Virus record (IMG/VR): IMGVR_UViG_3300029953_000095
Span: 1 to 35,964 of that record
From: a virus
Length of the DNA stretch: 35,964 nucleotides
Direction: 5' to 3' (one strand)
Below, piece after piece: positions 20,918-31,104 of this stretch; the first letter of the stretch is position 1; every line of letters begins with the position of its first letter. The position numbers and the translations under genes are program-made. The notes beneath the pieces were generated by a model. The model was not told where the DNA came from and ran no database searches. It saw only the letters and a program-made list of their open reading frames with translations.

Positions 20918-22654
20918 TCAATTAGCCATTCCAGAACTTTTTAAATAACCCGGCCCTATGCTAGTCTTAATAAGATCTTCGAATGCCTTCATTTTTGATG
21001 TTATATTCTCTTTGGTATCAGTAGATTCTGGGATAATGCCAGAAAGCTTTGCTTTATTTGACTCATAAGCTTGAGGTGGTAATGCGTTTTGTAAAATGTC
21101 GGACAATTTTTGCTTATATATATTATAGAAACGCTCTTTATTAAACTCGCTCTGATCTCCGGGCGAGTTTGTGTACTTGTTATATAATGTCTTGGCTCCG
21201 TTTATTCCGCTTTCAGCAGCAAGCCCAGCGCCACCAACGGCGGCTCCAATTGCAGGCCCAAACAATGGAACAGCCGTTGCTCCAATGGCCTCGGCTGGAC
21301 CAGACAGGTGCCTTTCCGCCCACCCTCCCGGTGTTGTATTCTGATACAGCTTAGAAAATATCTCTTTTGCCCCCTTTAGTGCAGCGTCTGCTTTTCCAGC
21401 GGCCACATATTGGTCATTTAATTTACCTAGCTTAGCCTCTGCAGCCGGATCACCCTTTGCCCTTCGTGCAAGATCATCAAATGTTTCGGCTGCATTTGTT
21501 TTTAATATTGGTTGAATGTTGTAGGTGCCATCTTTGTCCGCATTCTCAGGACCATACACAATACCATTGGGTTTTGAGTCTTGAGATTGCCCATTAGTAT
21601 CCATCGAAGGAGCGGCAACTCCCGGCTGTGATCCTTGCTGCCCATTAGTACCCATCGAAGGAACGCCAGTCCCACCGCTTCTGCGTGCTCCAATAAGATA
21701 TGCTGCCTTGGTTAGCGCATCCTGTTTGTCTGATAAAAACTTAGAAATTGTTTGCTCAGCACCAACTTGCGCTTGAGGAGTCCCCAATTTTTGAGCTAGC
21801 TCAGCAGTTTTGTGAATCATGTAATCGTTCCAACTGGATTTTGTAGCTAGAATTGCAGCTCTATCATCTCCATATAAGTCGCGGTATGCGCCGTAAACTG
21901 TCTTCTCGTTGTCTTGATTTTTTATTTGGGCGGCAATGTCTTTTTCTTGCTGATCCTTCAACCAGTTTGCTGCTGGGTTATTACCGGTTCCACTGAATCC
22001 GCCAGTAAATCCACCAAGCAATAGACCAAGAGCCGTTTCAACCTTATTTGCTATCGGCATGCTTTGTCCGAAATGTTTTGGATCTACAGGATTTTGTCTC
22101 ATGTAGTTGGCAAATTTGTCTGTATGATAAGCCATATCATTGTATGCGTTTGCTATATTTTTTTGAAATGCTTGCTCGTTTTGTTGGTTCTGCTGCTCAA
22201 TTGGAACCATGGCCTGAGCTTTTGCTTCGTCAATCTGTCGCTGTTTATTGGCTGAATCAATTGCGAGCTGTGTTGCCTCTCCCTGTGTGGCTGCAGCATT
22301 TTTATAATTGCCAAGATTTTGATCAATAGGCCTATCTGATCCATTATTTTCGGCCATTGCATCGACTGCTGGCGCATTTACACCGGGATTTGTATTTGTA
22401 AGCATTTGCCTAGATACCTCTAAATCCGCCGGTAACATGCTTCTGGGATTTGTTGTCTGAGAGGTATCTAAATCGTCATCGTCTTTTTGAGCGCCTCCAC
22501 CATGTGCCATTTTAAGACGTTTTAATTGCTCACGATGAATTTTTGGCAACTTGGCAATTAAGATTGTCATTTCATGACCATCTTTGTGCCTCATTGTGGC
22601 GGTTTTTTCGTCTTCTTTAACCTTCTGAAACTGAGCCAAGTCCAGCATTTTCAT
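20918..22654 (-). CDS. Putative internal/ejection protein (578 aa)
   Basis: TAATG stop-start overlap with the upstream gene. LKMAHGGGAQKDDDD motif. Helical Q/A/K-rich body. Gly-rich hydrophobic segments (GLLLGGFTGGFSG; PLFGPAIGAAVGGAGLAA). Confidence 0.6.
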   Translation of the reverse strand: MKMLDLAQFQKVKEDEKTATMRHKDGHEMTILIAKLPKIHREQLKRLKMAHGGGAQKDDDDLDTSQTTNPRSMLPADLEVSRQMLTNTNPGVNAPAVDAMAENNGSDRPIDQNLGNYKNAAATQGEATQLAIDSANKQRQIDEAKAQAMVPIEQQNQQNEQAFQKNIANAYNDMAYHTDKFANYMRQNPVDPKHFGQSMPIANKVETALGLLLGGFTGGFSGTGNNPAANWLKDQQEKDIAAQIKNQDNEKTVYGAYRDLYGDDRAAILATKSSWNDYMIHKTAELAQKLGTPQAQVGAEQTISKFLSDKQDALTKAAYLIGARRSGGTGVPSMGTNGQQGSQPGVAAPSMDTNGQSQDSKPNGIVYGPENADKDGTYNIQPILKTNAAETFDDLARRAKGDPAAEAKLGKLNDQYVAAGKADAALKGAKEIFSKLYQNTTPGGWAERHLSGPAEAIGATAVPLFGPAIGAAVGGAGLAAESGINGAKTLYNKYTNSPGDQSEFNKERFYNIYKQKLSDILQNALPPQAYESNKAKLSGIIPESTDTKENITSKMKAFEDLIKTSIGPGYLKSSGMAN

Positions 22655-23880
22655 TACTTGCTGCCTTTCGGTGCCTTCATGTGAACCGCCCTTCTAACAA
22701 ACAGTTCGGCATTATCTCGGCTTTTCTTGTTCATGATATGTCTTGGAAGGACGACGCCGCCTTCCTGTAAATCTGCAGGTACAGTATCATTTTTCAGAGA
22801 ATCGCCTTTTACTTTTGGTTTCCCCGGTACCTTTTTACCCAGTTTAAGCGGATTCTCGCCATGTTCAACCACTCGTTTTACTTCTTCTGGATTTAAATAC
22901 CGCTCCCCAGGAGAAAGCATTGCCGGTACAGCCCCACCCTCTGCAAATAGGAAGTTTGCCACATGGCTATCGTGTGGACCGGATGCAATAATTCCACCCT
23001 TTGCACGGAACAATGATCCAACTACTGGCACATTAGAAAGAAGCGACCCAACCCCATTAACAACATTACCCGCCTGCTGCTGGTTTCCGGCTGCAACACC
23101 AGCATTAACATTGTTAATATTAGATTGCATAGACACGTTCGCACTGTTCGCCGCCGTGTTAGCATTCTGCAAAATGCTTTGCTCATTTTGCTGAGTATTA
23201 TTAACACCTTGTACTGCAGATGCACCCTGTGCAACCTGTTGCTGCGCCAGTGCCGCAAGCTGTTGTTGAGCCGCAATCTGCTGCTGTGCCTGCGTCGTGG
23301 CCTCTTGTCCAACCGCCTGCTGCTGTGTTGCTGCCCCCTGTTGTGCGGCCTGTCTAGCCAATAACCCGGCATTCGCAGAAGAGCCGCGTTGCCCTGCCAT
23401 AAGCGCCGCCTGGTTTGCTACGTTTGTCGCCGTATTTTGGTTTAAAGCAGACTGAGCAGCATTGGGACCGGTTCCATTAATTACACCCTGTAGCTGTTCC
23501 GTTAAATTAGCCTGAGTTCCAAGGCCCTGCTGCGTACCTGGAAGCATTTGGTTAGCAAGGCCCTGCTGCTGGGCTATACCACTTTGTGCTCCATTGTATG
23601 CGCCATTAAGCTGGCCTACGTTGGTACCATTTTGGATTGGTGCACCGGTTGCTTGAAACTGATTATTCAAACCAAGCTGATTACCAACCGTACCAATCAG
23701 TCCATTATTATTAACCGTTCCGACTGCAGACGCCCCGGTTTGTGCGGGTCCAGTAAGCGTAGTTTCACCACCAGAAGCAAAATAATGTCTATTCCCCAGC
23801 TTTTTAATCAAACCGCCCTTGCTCATCTTTTGCGGTTTTCCCATTTTTTCATTAAATCGCCTGATCTTATTTAAATCCAT
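22654..23880 (-). CDS. Putative internal/ejection protein (408 aa from ATG 23880), Q/A/N-rich
   Basis: The ATG at 23880 (MDLNKIRRF...) lies 8 nt after the upstream stop. A long Gln/Ala/Asn low-complexity core. The C-terminal FAEGGAVPAMLSPGERYLNPEEV...NDTVPADLQEGGVVLP resembles the D(S/T)VPA.L..GE.V motif I recall in phage tape-measure/ejection proteins. Confidence 0.6.
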   Translation of the reverse strand: MDLNKIRRFNEKMGKPQKMSKGGLIKKLGNRHYFASGGETTLTGPAQTGASAVGTVNNNGLIGTVGNQLGLNNQFQATGAPIQNGTNVGQLNGAYNGAQSGIAQQQGLANQMLPGTQQGLGTQANLTEQLQGVINGTGPNAAQSALNQNTATNVANQAALMAGQRGSSANAGLLARQAAQQGAATQQQAVGQEATTQAQQQIAAQQQLAALAQQQVAQGASAVQGVNNTQQNEQSILQNANTAANSANVSMQSNINNVNAGVAAGNQQQAGNVVNGVGSLLSNVPVVGSLFRAKGGIIASGPHDSHVANFLFAEGGAVPAMLSPGERYLNPEEVKRVVEHGENPLKLGKKVPGKPKVKGDSLKNDTVPADLQEGGVVLPRHIMNKKSRDNAELFVRRAVHMKAPKGSK

Positions 23881-23888
23881 AGCCCCGC

Positions 23889-26800
23889 CTAGTTTGATGT
23901 TCCTGCAGTATTTGCGGACCGAACCGGTCTGTAGCCCCTTATCAATCCCAATACACACGTAATTGCGCTTAATGTAAAACCAGCCCCCGCCTGTACTCCA
24001 AAACTTGGATCATATACTTCCTGCAATGATATTTGAAATGCCTGACATTTTTGAGTCCCAGGCTGTATTCTCCACTGCTCTAGCGAGCCAAGTCCTCCGT
24101 CAGGACTGGTTTGGCCGTAAATGTCATCAGAACCGTAAACACCGGTGTAGTTGCTTGGAGTAATCAAAACCTGCTCAGAAAATGCCCCATAATCATAGCC
24201 AATCTGAAAATTTAAAAGATGCGGTGAGACATATTGTCCCAAAATCTGTAATTCTAAGATTCTTTCGAAGCCCGAAATTCCCTGTAATTGGATGTGCCCC
24301 GTTATAAAACTCATAAGAACAGGGTTTGATCCGTCCAAATACACCCCAGGAGTTTCCTGATATACTCGCCCTTGAGCCGAAAGTATTGTATGAAGGCCCA
24401 GGTAGACGCATGAAGAAATGGCGGGTACTCCAGTGAAAGTTCCCCAGTTGCTATAATAATAGTCGTACAGAAGATGCTCGCCAGTATTTAGAGTAAACCT
24501 AACCTGAGTTGTTCCAGGAACATTTAATGCACTTTCAACCGTGCTCCCGTTAAACTTCTCTACCGGAGCACCAATATAATTTGTACTTAGGTCTCTACCC
24601 AGAAGCCAGATACCGTCTTCGCTTTGAAACATTAACCCCTGAGGCATGAAGACAATCGAGTTTTGATTTTGGCAACCCACCGTTGCAGTAATGAACAGCG
24701 GCTGAGAATAGCTAGAATTTGTTCCGGTGTTATCTGGGCCGCTACCATTGATGTAGTAAATAGCATCCTTTTTGAACACTATAAGCTTATCATCCATAGG
24801 AAAAATAGCAGTAATAGGACCAGTTGCAGCAGTTGTTCCAGCATTAGGAGCTATATAGTAAGTGAATAAATCCGAAAACTCTACTGGAGTGCCTTCAATA
24901 ATCTGTTTTGAGTACCAAAGAAGATTGGGATCTTCTGAATTTACAATCCACTGTCTTGTATCAAACAGAGTTGTAATATTATATGATGGTGGGTTTAAGT
25001 CTTCAACAACACCACCGGTTGTGTAAATTATAGAGTTACCTAAAATTGATGAATCTGCATTGCCATCTGGAATAGTGACATAATCTGATGTGGTGCTATT
25101 CAGATAGGGAGCAGTAATTGACGTTACTTGGTAATAAATCGGCTGATTTGTGGACCACCTATAGAGAACGATCTTCAGAATATTTGCTGTTTTATAAGTA
25201 ATCCTTAATGTCGGAATGCTAACGGTTACAGAGGTATGTGCGCTAGTTAGCGTAATGCTTACTGGTATGCTGGGCGCGCTTCTAAAAATATTTCCTTGGT
25301 TATCACTCCACTCGTAAACAGCCTGATAGTAATATTCGCCAGCCCCCATGCTTCCAGCCGTTGAAGATGCAACAACAGCCACGCTGTCCGGCCAAAGAAA
25401 AAAATTCTGTTCTACTGGCAAATATCCATCATACATCCAACCAAATCCACCGCCAATATTGAGATTATTACCAATCTCAGAGGATGCGATTGCAGTCGTT
25501 CCGATTGTAAATGAAGCCAGATTAATGCCAGTTTGAGCATATATACCTCCGCTAGTTGTCTGCTGCGTATTGTTCTGAGTGTTCAATGCTGCAATTAGAT
25601 CTTTATACAGGTATGGTATTTGGGCAACATTTCCAGTAACTGTTACGCTAGGCAATCCAAGCGTTAAATATCCACCACCATTTTCGTAAGCAATCTTTGC
25701 AACCACTTTCGGGGATGTCTGAACGCTAGAACCATTAATCAAAAAATATGTCGGCTGAAATGGGCTTTGATACGCAGTCAATAAAAATACTTCACCATTA
25801 ACAATGAACGCCTTTGATGCTATCCCAACACCTCGAACCGCAATAACAACCGACCCAATAACTATACCAGTATTATTAATTATAACCCTATTTATAAAAT
25901 TTGACTGTATTGCGGAGTCGTACCCATAGCTATTTTGTACCTCTGTAAATACGGTGCACATCCCATTTTGAGCAGCAGTTGCAATATTTACAAGCGCGGT
26001 GCTTCCACTAATGTCTATAGGGTTATAAACCAACGTTATTGATCCAAACGCGATCGACACAGAAAAAGTATACGCGGTTTGCGTAGAGTCATTATAAAAT
26101 GTGCCGTAAATTATCGGAGTAGTTCCTCCTGAAGTCATAATATCAACACATATAGACATTAGATTGGCTACATATGCAGACCCAGTAAATGTATAGATAA
26201 CAGTTGTAGAATTGTTCGATGCAATCTGCTGTTGTGCAAGCGTAGCTATGTGCACGCCCTGTCCGCCAGTAGTACTATTATAGGCTACTACTATTGTATT
26301 ATTTATGACTACCGCGTCCCATCCTGGATTTGTTGTCAATTGCACATACACATCAGAACTAACGTTATACGCCGATGATATGTTAGACATACCAGAAGAA
26401 CCCAAAAGGCTTTTAATTGGCAAATAACAATACTGTAAATAAGTAATTCCAGAAATTGTTACCGGGCTAAGAATTACAAAAAGATTAGCAACAACAAACA
26501 CCCTTGAAGATCCCGAAATGCTACCGCCAGAAAGAAAAGGTATTTGCGATGGCTGTATAATGTTTTGTCCGGTAATTGCATCAGCTACGGCATATAAATA
26601 GGTGTTTGTTGCATTGTTTACGCTCGTGTAAACTGTGCACACTACTCCGTCAGACACCACAGAATCGGCCTGAGACTGGTTTAGGCTATTTCTTATAAGC
26701 GGCAATGTGCTTAGTTCTAATGACTGGTAGGACCCCTTTGAAATCCAAGTTTCTGAATTGGCATTGTATGCATTAATAGAATTTCCAACTGTCGTCAGAT

Positions 26801-27008
26801 TTCCATTAAAAGTAGTCAAATATGTAGAACTATTATCTGGCAATGATGCAAGCGCACCAAATCCATTTCGCTTTTGAAGTAGTCCTCCATGCTCAAAAAT
26901 AGTATTTTCAAGGGATATAAATTTTCCTATCTGAACCTGTTTTGGGTCTGTTTTGGTATCTAACCCTAACGCGAAATTGATAGGAAAGCTTTGCTTAGTT
27001 ATTGCCAT
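23889..27008 (-). CDS. Large tail protein (1039 aa), tail-tubular-B/nozzle-like by size and position
   Basis: Largest ORF. Sits between the fibre-like gene and the internal protein cluster, matching T7-like gp12 synteny. No motif-level assignment is possible. Confidence 0.6.
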   Translation of the reverse strand: MAITKQSFPINFALGLDTKTDPKQVQIGKFISLENTIFEHGGLLQKRNGFGALASLPDNSSTYLTTFNGNLTTVGNSINAYNANSETWISKGSYQSLELSTLPLIRNSLNQSQADSVVSDGVVCTVYTSVNNATNTYLYAVADAITGQNIIQPSQIPFLSGGSISGSSRVFVVANLFVILSPVTISGITYLQYCYLPIKSLLGSSGMSNISSAYNVSSDVYVQLTTNPGWDAVVINNTIVVAYNSTTGGQGVHIATLAQQQIASNNSTTVIYTFTGSAYVANLMSICVDIMTSGGTTPIIYGTFYNDSTQTAYTFSVSIAFGSITLVYNPIDISGSTALVNIATAAQNGMCTVFTEVQNSYGYDSAIQSNFINRVIINNTGIVIGSVVIAVRGVGIASKAFIVNGEVFLLTAYQSPFQPTYFLINGSSVQTSPKVVAKIAYENGGGYLTLGLPSVTVTGNVAQIPYLYKDLIAALNTQNNTQQTTSGGIYAQTGINLASFTIGTTAIASSEIGNNLNIGGGFGWMYDGYLPVEQNFFLWPDSVAVVASSTAGSMGAGEYYYQAVYEWSDNQGNIFRSAPSIPVSITLTSAHTSVTVSIPTLRITYKTANILKIVLYRWSTNQPIYYQVTSITAPYLNSTTSDYVTIPDGNADSSILGNSIIYTTGGVVEDLNPPSYNITTLFDTRQWIVNSEDPNLLWYSKQIIEGTPVEFSDLFTYYIAPNAGTTAATGPITAIFPMDDKLIVFKKDAIYYINGSGPDNTGTNSSYSQPLFITATVGCQNQNSIVFMPQGLMFQSEDGIWLLGRDLSTNYIGAPVEKFNGSTVESALNVPGTTQVRFTLNTGEHLLYDYYYSNWGTFTGVPAISSCVYLGLHTILSAQGRVYQETPGVYLDGSNPVLMSFITGHIQLQGISGFERILELQILGQYVSPHLLNFQIGYDYGAFSEQVLITPSNYTGVYGSDDIYGQTSPDGGLGSLEQWRIQPGTQKCQAFQISLQEVYDPSFGVQAGAGFTLSAITCVLGLIRGYRPVRSANTAGTSN

Positions 27009-27010
27009 AT

Positions 27011-28138
27011 TTACAGCTCATAGGCGACCAAAGAACTGCCAAAAACATACAATCCAGCAGCAGAATTTGAGACAGCCAACCTAACGGTATATGTGTAAGT
27101 TCCAGCAGCCGGTGTATCGACATAATAAATCAGCGATGCCGGGTATACAATTGGCGCACCGCTTGCCTGTGTATAAAGCGGTTCTCCAAATGGAAGAAAA
27201 TAGACCAACTGAGTGGAATTCTTAAATATACCAATATAAGGGTATGTTCCGGGAGTACCAGGAGCACCGCCATTATAATAACTAAAACCACTACCAGTAA
27301 TTGTTAAATATGCCGGATCCGGTTGAAGCATAATAATTACTGGCCTACCGGTTGTGGTAATCGTTGCAGACAATCCAGGGACTGCGACCGGAGTAAGACT
27401 ACTCGTATTAAATAATGGCAAAGTCATGTTACCAATCTGCTGACCAACCGCAACCAAGTTAGGGCGGGACACACCTCCCGATGCAATGTTTGCACTAGAT
27501 ATTCCCTGAGATACCGCTACTGGATTGGTAATATTTCCATATTGATCCATTGCCATGAAAGAATTTGCAGTGGGCAACGTCGGAAGTGTAATGTTGAAGT
27601 TATTCGCCATCGAACCCGGCGGACTTAATGTTAAGAACTTCGAGTTGGCTACGTTATTTCCTAGCAAAATTGAACCGCCCTGAATGTTGGCGGGCACAGT
27701 AGGAGCAGAATCAACCACAAGAACTGGAGTTATTGAAGAAACAAAAGAAGCAGTAGCCGTTCCGCTTGTAATCCCAGAAGACGTAGCGTTAACACTTCCC
27801 CCGGAAGTAATCTTAATAGATGCGTCACCAATACCATCGTTAAAATAAAGATTTCCATCTGTACCAACAAAAATGGAGTTCAAAGTGCTAAATGGAAGCG
27901 TCTGCTGGGCAAAAACAGCAGCCTGCAATCCTGTTGCAGGATTACCATTAAACGGTAGTGCAGAATTAAGATTGATACCAGTTGGGTTAATCTGAACACC
28001 ACCATTTGGAGCCGCATGATTGTGTTGATCAATTTGATTAATGCATGACTGCAAGTTGAATGCATAGTCTGGTCCAGTGTCAATGCCTGGAATAGGATTT
28101 GGTAGACCCATATTAGGAGTAATAATTACATTTGCCAT
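27011..28138 (-). CDS. Tail fibre/spike-like protein (375 aa)
   Basis: N-terminus PNMGLPNPIPGIDTGPDYAFNLQSCINQIDQHNHAAPNGGVQI matches the recurrent phage fibre N-terminal pattern (mgL..P..G...GP.wa..ln..l..iD.H.H..G.G..i). Confidence 0.6.
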   Translation of the reverse strand: MANVIITPNMGLPNPIPGIDTGPDYAFNLQSCINQIDQHNHAAPNGGVQINPTGINLNSALPFNGNPATGLQAAVFAQQTLPFSTLNSIFVGTDGNLYFNDGIGDASIKITSGGSVNATSSGITSGTATASFVSSITPVLVVDSAPTVPANIQGGSILLGNNVANSKFLTLSPPGSMANNFNITLPTLPTANSFMAMDQYGNITNPVAVSQGISSANIASGGVSRPNLVAVGQQIGNMTLPLFNTSSLTPVAVPGLSATITTTGRPVIIMLQPDPAYLTITGSGFSYYNGGAPGTPGTYPYIGIFKNSTQLVYFLPFGEPLYTQASGAPIVYPASLIYYVDTPAAGTYTYTVRLAVSNSAAGLYVFGSSLVAYEL

Positions 28139-28435
28139 TTAAAAGACCCCTATCGAGACAACCACATTCGCACTGCTAGTCAGCGTGAGTGTTAGATTGT
28201 TGAATGGAGCAGATCTATAGATTGAAGCAACTCCTTGCTGATCTACTAAAATCCACCCCTGCTGTGTTTGTCCTAGTTTATGATTAATCGTATTTGTTCC
28301 GGCTACAAGTGAAACATTCGGTATAATTGTAATGCTATTTAATGGATTAGATAAAACTGGATCAAGTTTAGCCTTCCACTGGGTTTGCATCAGACTTAGG
28401 GGTTGATGGTTTGTGTGTTGAAGCGGTAGGGCCAT
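28139..28435 (-). CDS. Small beta-rich tail-associated protein (98 aa)
   Basis: ATG 28435 shares one base with the upstream TAA (TAATG). The track's longer start at 28447 overlaps the upstream gene. Confidence 0.5.
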   Translation of the reverse strand: MALPLQHTNHQPLSLMQTQWKAKLDPVLSNPLNSITIIPNVSLVAGTNTINHKLGQTQQGWILVDQQGVASIYRSAPFNNLTLTLTSSANVVVSIGVF

Positions 28436-29544
28436 TAATATCCCCAACCCCCGCCCAATCCACCACCAAACCCACCGCCATAATTACCCCCAGGACCAGA
28501 AAAGTTAGGGTCACCCATGGTGTTTCTAGTGTTTGTTGCGGTGTTTGGCTGTCCAACGTTTCTATTTGCTGCAGTCGTTTCAATACGAAGCATAAGATCA
28601 GACTTTTTGTTCATTAAATCCTGTGCCTGATCAAACAGCTGTTGCTTCGAAAGCGCCTTTGCCGCTGCATCGACTACCACATACTCCCACCACGCCGAGT
28701 ACCCAAATGGCATCATATCTGTATCTAGTAAAAGCTGTGCATTGATTGGGACATACCAAAGACGGAAATATTGCCCAGAATTGGTGGGAATAATATATAC
28801 TTGGTCGCCCATTTCCCTAAACTGGAATGAGCAATATTGTCCCGATACATTGTTTGAGGCTGCACCCAAAAGAATATTGTACTTGTTATGGTCGGCCCAG
28901 TTAAACCGGGACATTGAAATCCATCCCTGCGTATTGTTAATCTGAGCGCCAAATGAGTTAAAATCCATTCCGTAAACCTTGAAACATGCAGGAGCCGGAG
29001 ATCCAGAAGTATTTGGTATTCCACCAATATTGGGATAATTTGTCCCATTTGGTAACGGATAAGAAAGTGCTGATGTGCTTTGAATGATTAGAGGATGGGC
29101 TAGAAAATAGTCTTCTCCAAACTTTGTAACCAATAGATCATACAACTCCATGACAGAGTTGTTTAGCATCAGGTTCCACTCATCTAAGGTAACGAAATTG
29201 CTTTTAAGCATGTCAGCCCTTAGCTTGGCCTGATACCTAAGATAACCTAAATTAATCTGACCTGGCGCACATGGGGTAATTGATACCGGCGAAGACGCCA
29301 TATAACCAGAAGTCCCAGCAGGACTAACCGACGCAACAGAATAATAATATGTTGAACCGATAGTAACGGTTGAATCAGTAAAGTAATTAACAGTAGGAGA
29401 TGCAATTACGGTGAAGTTAACTCCGTCTGTGGACCTCTTAACGCTATATCCTGCCGCACCGGCGACCAGTGCCCATGTCAGCAGGTTTTGTCCGTTCCCA
29501 GTTTGTAGAATTACCTGCACAGGTACACCGCTCAAACTTGCCAT
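28435..29544 (-). CDS. FN3-domain protein with Gly-aromatic C-terminal tail (369 aa); adaptor/tail-tubular-A-like by position
   Basis: N-terminal FN3-like LTWALVAGAAGYSVKRSTDGVNFTVIA...DSTVTIGSTYYYSVASV. The C-terminus ends GPGGNYGGGFGGGLGGGWGY. Confidence 0.6.
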   Translation of the reverse strand: MASLSGVPVQVILQTGNGQNLLTWALVAGAAGYSVKRSTDGVNFTVIASPTVNYFTDSTVTIGSTYYYSVASVSPAGTSGYMASSPVSITPCAPGQINLGYLRYQAKLRADMLKSNFVTLDEWNLMLNNSVMELYDLLVTKFGEDYFLAHPLIIQSTSALSYPLPNGTNYPNIGGIPNTSGSPAPACFKVYGMDFNSFGAQINNTQGWISMSRFNWADHNKYNILLGAASNNVSGQYCSFQFREMGDQVYIIPTNSGQYFRLWYVPINAQLLLDTDMMPFGYSAWWEYVVVDAAAKALSKQQLFDQAQDLMNKKSDLMLRIETTAANRNVGQPNTATNTRNTMGDPNFSGPGGNYGGGFGGGLGGGWGY

Positions 29545-29555
29545 GTTTTACCCCA

Positions 29556-29595
29556 AGTTAAAACGGGTAGAGCCGGTTTTATCCATGCCCTACCC
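29556..29595 (-). terminator. Possible weak terminator or attenuator after the 448-aa gene
   Basis: Hairpin GGGTAG(29565-29570)...CTACCC(29590-29595) with inner GC pairs, followed on the minus strand by GTTTTAAC. Confidence 0.3.
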
Positions 29596-29615
29596 GCCAG
29601 TGTTGTACGCGCCAG

Positions 29616-30962
29616 TTAGAATCCGACGTTAGAAGGGCTAAATTTAGCGTCCACATAGAAAGACAATCCCACAACCGATCCAGTAGCTGGAGCAGTAGCC
29701 ACTGGGACCTGTCCAGAAGCCGGAAGTCCCAGCATTTGTACCATGATCCAGGATCCCACGAAAGGACTTCCACCCTGAGGCATTGGAGCAAAAGAGGCAT
29801 TAGGATCGCCAATTACTTCCATGCTAACAATATCCGAAACTCCTGGAGCCATAACAAGTCCGCTACTAGATCCAGCTCCAGTAGCCTTGGCAATAAACGA
29901 TTGACCAACTGAAGGATTAAGGCCCTTAGGAAGTCCAACCGACTGCCAGTCCTGCAGGTTTGTGTCGCTAGTAATAACCGCAAAACCAAACCCAGTTGCA
30001 TATCCAGTTACCGCGTTTGTGAAGCTAAGGGCTACAGTGCTTCCTGGTCCAGAAACAAAGCTAAGCACCGATCCGATCGGAGCGCCAACACCAGACGTTA
30101 CCAGCGTAGTTCCGGCCACAACCGAAGTGGTGACGGTATACAGATGGCCCGAGCCATCCGTCCAAATTGAATTAGCAGAAGCAGATCCGGGCGCAATGGT
30201 GAAGATAATCGGCACAGCAGGACCATGTTCCGGAATGACGGTAGACCCATCCATGGGGATACCGGCCACTGGGAGCGCAGCGGTTGATGTAACCGTAACG
30301 GTAGAAGTCCCACTTGCCGTAAATGCAAATGTTCCGGAAATTCCAGAGGGAAGATTTTCGATCGTCAAAACCAGTGCGGCACCAATTGTTGCAGCAGAAG
30401 AGTTGGCCGCAATGCTTTGCTGTACGTATTGCAAGCCACGTTGACCAACCGGAGCGGGTGAACCAAGCTGAGGAGCAACGCCAACACCGGAAACATTAAA
30501 CCAGATTACGAAGGTATTTCCATAAGAATCAAAAAGGCTGAAGTATTTACCAGCAAGCGAACCTGCAATGTCGGCAACGGGTGAAATAGTTACAACACCA
30601 GAAGGACCCGCTCCAACAGAGGTAATGATGTACGGGCTGTGAACGCTAAGAGCAGCAGAGGCTGCGTTGATGGCCAGTGGAGATCCAACAACTGGGGAAA
30701 CAAATCCAGAGAATCCGCCGAGATAGCGATTGTAATTGGAAGCCAATTGAATCCATGCATATCCGGGTGTCGGGTTCGGATTAGAACTGGCTGGAGCCGT
30801 AGAATGCATATAAACATTCTGCACACCCTGTCCTTTAAGATTTCTAATACCCATTCCTGTTCCGTTGGCAGGATCAACCACAAAATTACAATCAATCAGA
30901 ACGGGTTGAGACCCGAACGAATAAAGACGACCGCCATTGTTTCCAATCGTATTACCAGACAT
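29616..30962 (-). CDS. Hypothetical structural protein (448 aa), possible capsid decoration or head-tail protein
   Basis: AAGGGG RBS. First gene after the capsid terminator. Gly/Ser/Ala/Val-rich, beta-type composition. Confidence 0.6.
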   Translation of the reverse strand: MSGNTIGNNGGRLYSFGSQPVLIDCNFVVDPANGTGMGIRNLKGQGVQNVYMHSTAPASSNPNPTPGYAWIQLASNYNRYLGGFSGFVSPVVGSPLAINAASAALSVHSPYIITSVGAGPSGVVTISPVADIAGSLAGKYFSLFDSYGNTFVIWFNVSGVGVAPQLGSPAPVGQRGLQYVQQSIAANSSAATIGAALVLTIENLPSGISGTFAFTASGTSTVTVTSTAALPVAGIPMDGSTVIPEHGPAVPIIFTIAPGSASANSIWTDGSGHLYTVTTSVVAGTTLVTSGVGAPIGSVLSFVSGPGSTVALSFTNAVTGYATGFGFAVITSDTNLQDWQSVGLPKGLNPSVGQSFIAKATGAGSSSGLVMAPGVSDIVSMEVIGDPNASFAPMPQGGSPFVGSWIMVQMLGLPASGQVPVATAPATGSVVGLSFYVDAKFSPSNVGF

Positions 30963-31067
30963 TTAAGGAACCCCTTATTTTAAACCTCGAAATGTAACCC
31001 CCAGATTGCCGAGGCATCTAGTCTGAGAGGCGCAGAAGTGCCCTACGCTAATGCGTATCTGCTTCGG

Positions 31068-31104
31068 AAAAGAAAACGGCTTCGGGGGTTTTAATCCCGA
31101 AGCC
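31068..31104 (-). terminator. Rho-independent terminator downstream of the major capsid gene
   Basis: A 9-bp GC-rich stem, GGCTTCGGG (31078-31086) with CCCGAAGCC (31096-31104), and a 9-nt loop. Followed on the minus strand by GTTTTCTTTT. Confidence 0.7.
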
